From Spirochaetia bacterium (GTDB lineage Bacteria > Spirochaetota > Spirochaetia > SZUA-6 > Bin103), in NCBI GenBank assembly GCA_965203515.1, contig OZ241907.1:544001-608000 (forward strand): 64,000 bases of DNA, written 5' to 3'. A program made the translations under genes and the position numbers. Position 1 is the stretch's first letter. The number at the start of each line of letters is the position of its first letter. Shown here in pieces: positions 63,202-64,000 of the stretch. Under the pieces are notes generated by a model, which was not told the origin of the DNA, ran no database searches, and saw only the letters and a program-made list of their open reading frames with translations.

Positions 63202-64000
63202 ATGGCATATCGACTCACCGAATCGACAGGATGGCGCCATTGGGTAACGCCGCGGCCGGCACGAGTTCAGCCGGTCCATAGGTGGTATCTGTTACCGCAT
63301 AGCTTCACTGCTGATCTTGTTCACGCTCTGATAGATGAATGGGCACTGGATGAGACCGACAAGATACTGGATCCCTTCGCTGGCGCCGGAACCACCCTGG
63401 TGGCGGCCAAGGACCGCGGCATCTCCGCTTCCGGGTACGATCTTTCGCCGCTCGCGATACTGGCCTCGAATACCAAGACAGCCGACTACCGTCGCGCGCC
63501 GCTTCAATGCGCGTGGGTCACCTTGAAGGGTACGTTGGTCAAGCGCAGATGCTTGAATCCGCGACGTACTTACTCGGAGCTGACCCGGAAAGCTCTTCCC
63601 GACGGACGGCTTTGCGAATTCGACACGATCGCGGCTAGAATCGATCAGATCGAAGATGATCCATCGGTGCGTGATTTCTTCAGATTGGCTTTGATTTCGG
63701 TGATTCCACGCTTCAGCCGCGCGGTGGCGAACGGCGGCTGGTTGCGGTGGGTGCCACAGAGTGCTGCGACAGAGCCCGTCGTGCAAGTCTTCGGAGAACA
63801 AGTCGAGATGATGTTGTCCGACGTTCGCGACCACGAGCCAGGCGAAGGACGTTGGCGAGTCCAGATTGCCGATGCTCGCTCATTGCCAGAGCTCGATGGA
63901 ACCTGTACGGCCGTCATTACGTCACCGCCGTACCCCAACAGACATGACTATACGCGGGTATTCGGCGTCGAGCTCCTGTTCGATTTTCTCGACCAGGAAC
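63202..64000 (+). CDS. Amino DNA methyltransferase, SPPY type (likely N4-cytosine), truncated by the window end
   Basis: Manual translation: PVHRWY, ILDPFAGAGTT, GYDLSP, and in-frame VITSPPYPNRHDY. Absent from the ORF track because there is no stop. Confidence 0.85.
   Translation, partial: MAYRLTESTGWRHWVTPRPARVQPVHRWYLLPHSFTADLVHALIDEWALDETDKILDPFAGAGTTLVAAKDRGISASGYDLSPLAILASNTKTADYRRAPLQCAWVTLKGTLVKRRCLNPRRTYSELTRKALPDGRLCEFDTIAARIDQIEDDPSVRDFFRLALISVIPRFSRAVANGGWLRWVPQSAATEPVVQVFGEQVEMMLSDVRDHEPGEGRWRVQIADARSLPELDGTCTAVITSPPYPNRHDYTRVFGVELLFDFLDQE

Overview
A GC-rich (~70% by eye) bacterial window with four parts. (1) 1-14 kb is housekeeping/metabolic: a TauD/GBBH-type dioxygenase, an NfeD + two-flotillin operon, hisI-hisG, a MacB/FtsX-type ABC system, a PhyH dioxygenase and arfB. 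(2) 14-27 kb is a rearranged accessory region with AAA-ATPase genes and relics, an ISL3 copy, and three paralogous lipoproteins built from 11-14 '[10 protein letters not shown]' repeats. The repeats are arranged in mirror-symmetric, out-and-back order. Two of the genes sit behind a sigma70 promoter, RBS and poly-C tract, out of frame in one copy and in frame in the other. (3) 27-46 kb is a catabolic cluster: PhyH, OSBS/NAAAR, Gfo/Idh/MocA, amidohydrolase, aldo/keto reductase, three related hydrolase-like proteins and a sugar ABC transporter. (4) 46-64 kb is a defence island: DISARM drmD and a drmMI-like methyltransferase, a 3-TM + TIR (ThsB-like) pair whose TM gene is split by a second ISL3, an AAA/DUF4276 pair, and an unclassified wHTH/ATPase/PIN/methyltransferase module cut by the window edge. 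No rRNA, tRNA or CRISPR array was seen. Family assignments come from motif recognition, not database searches.
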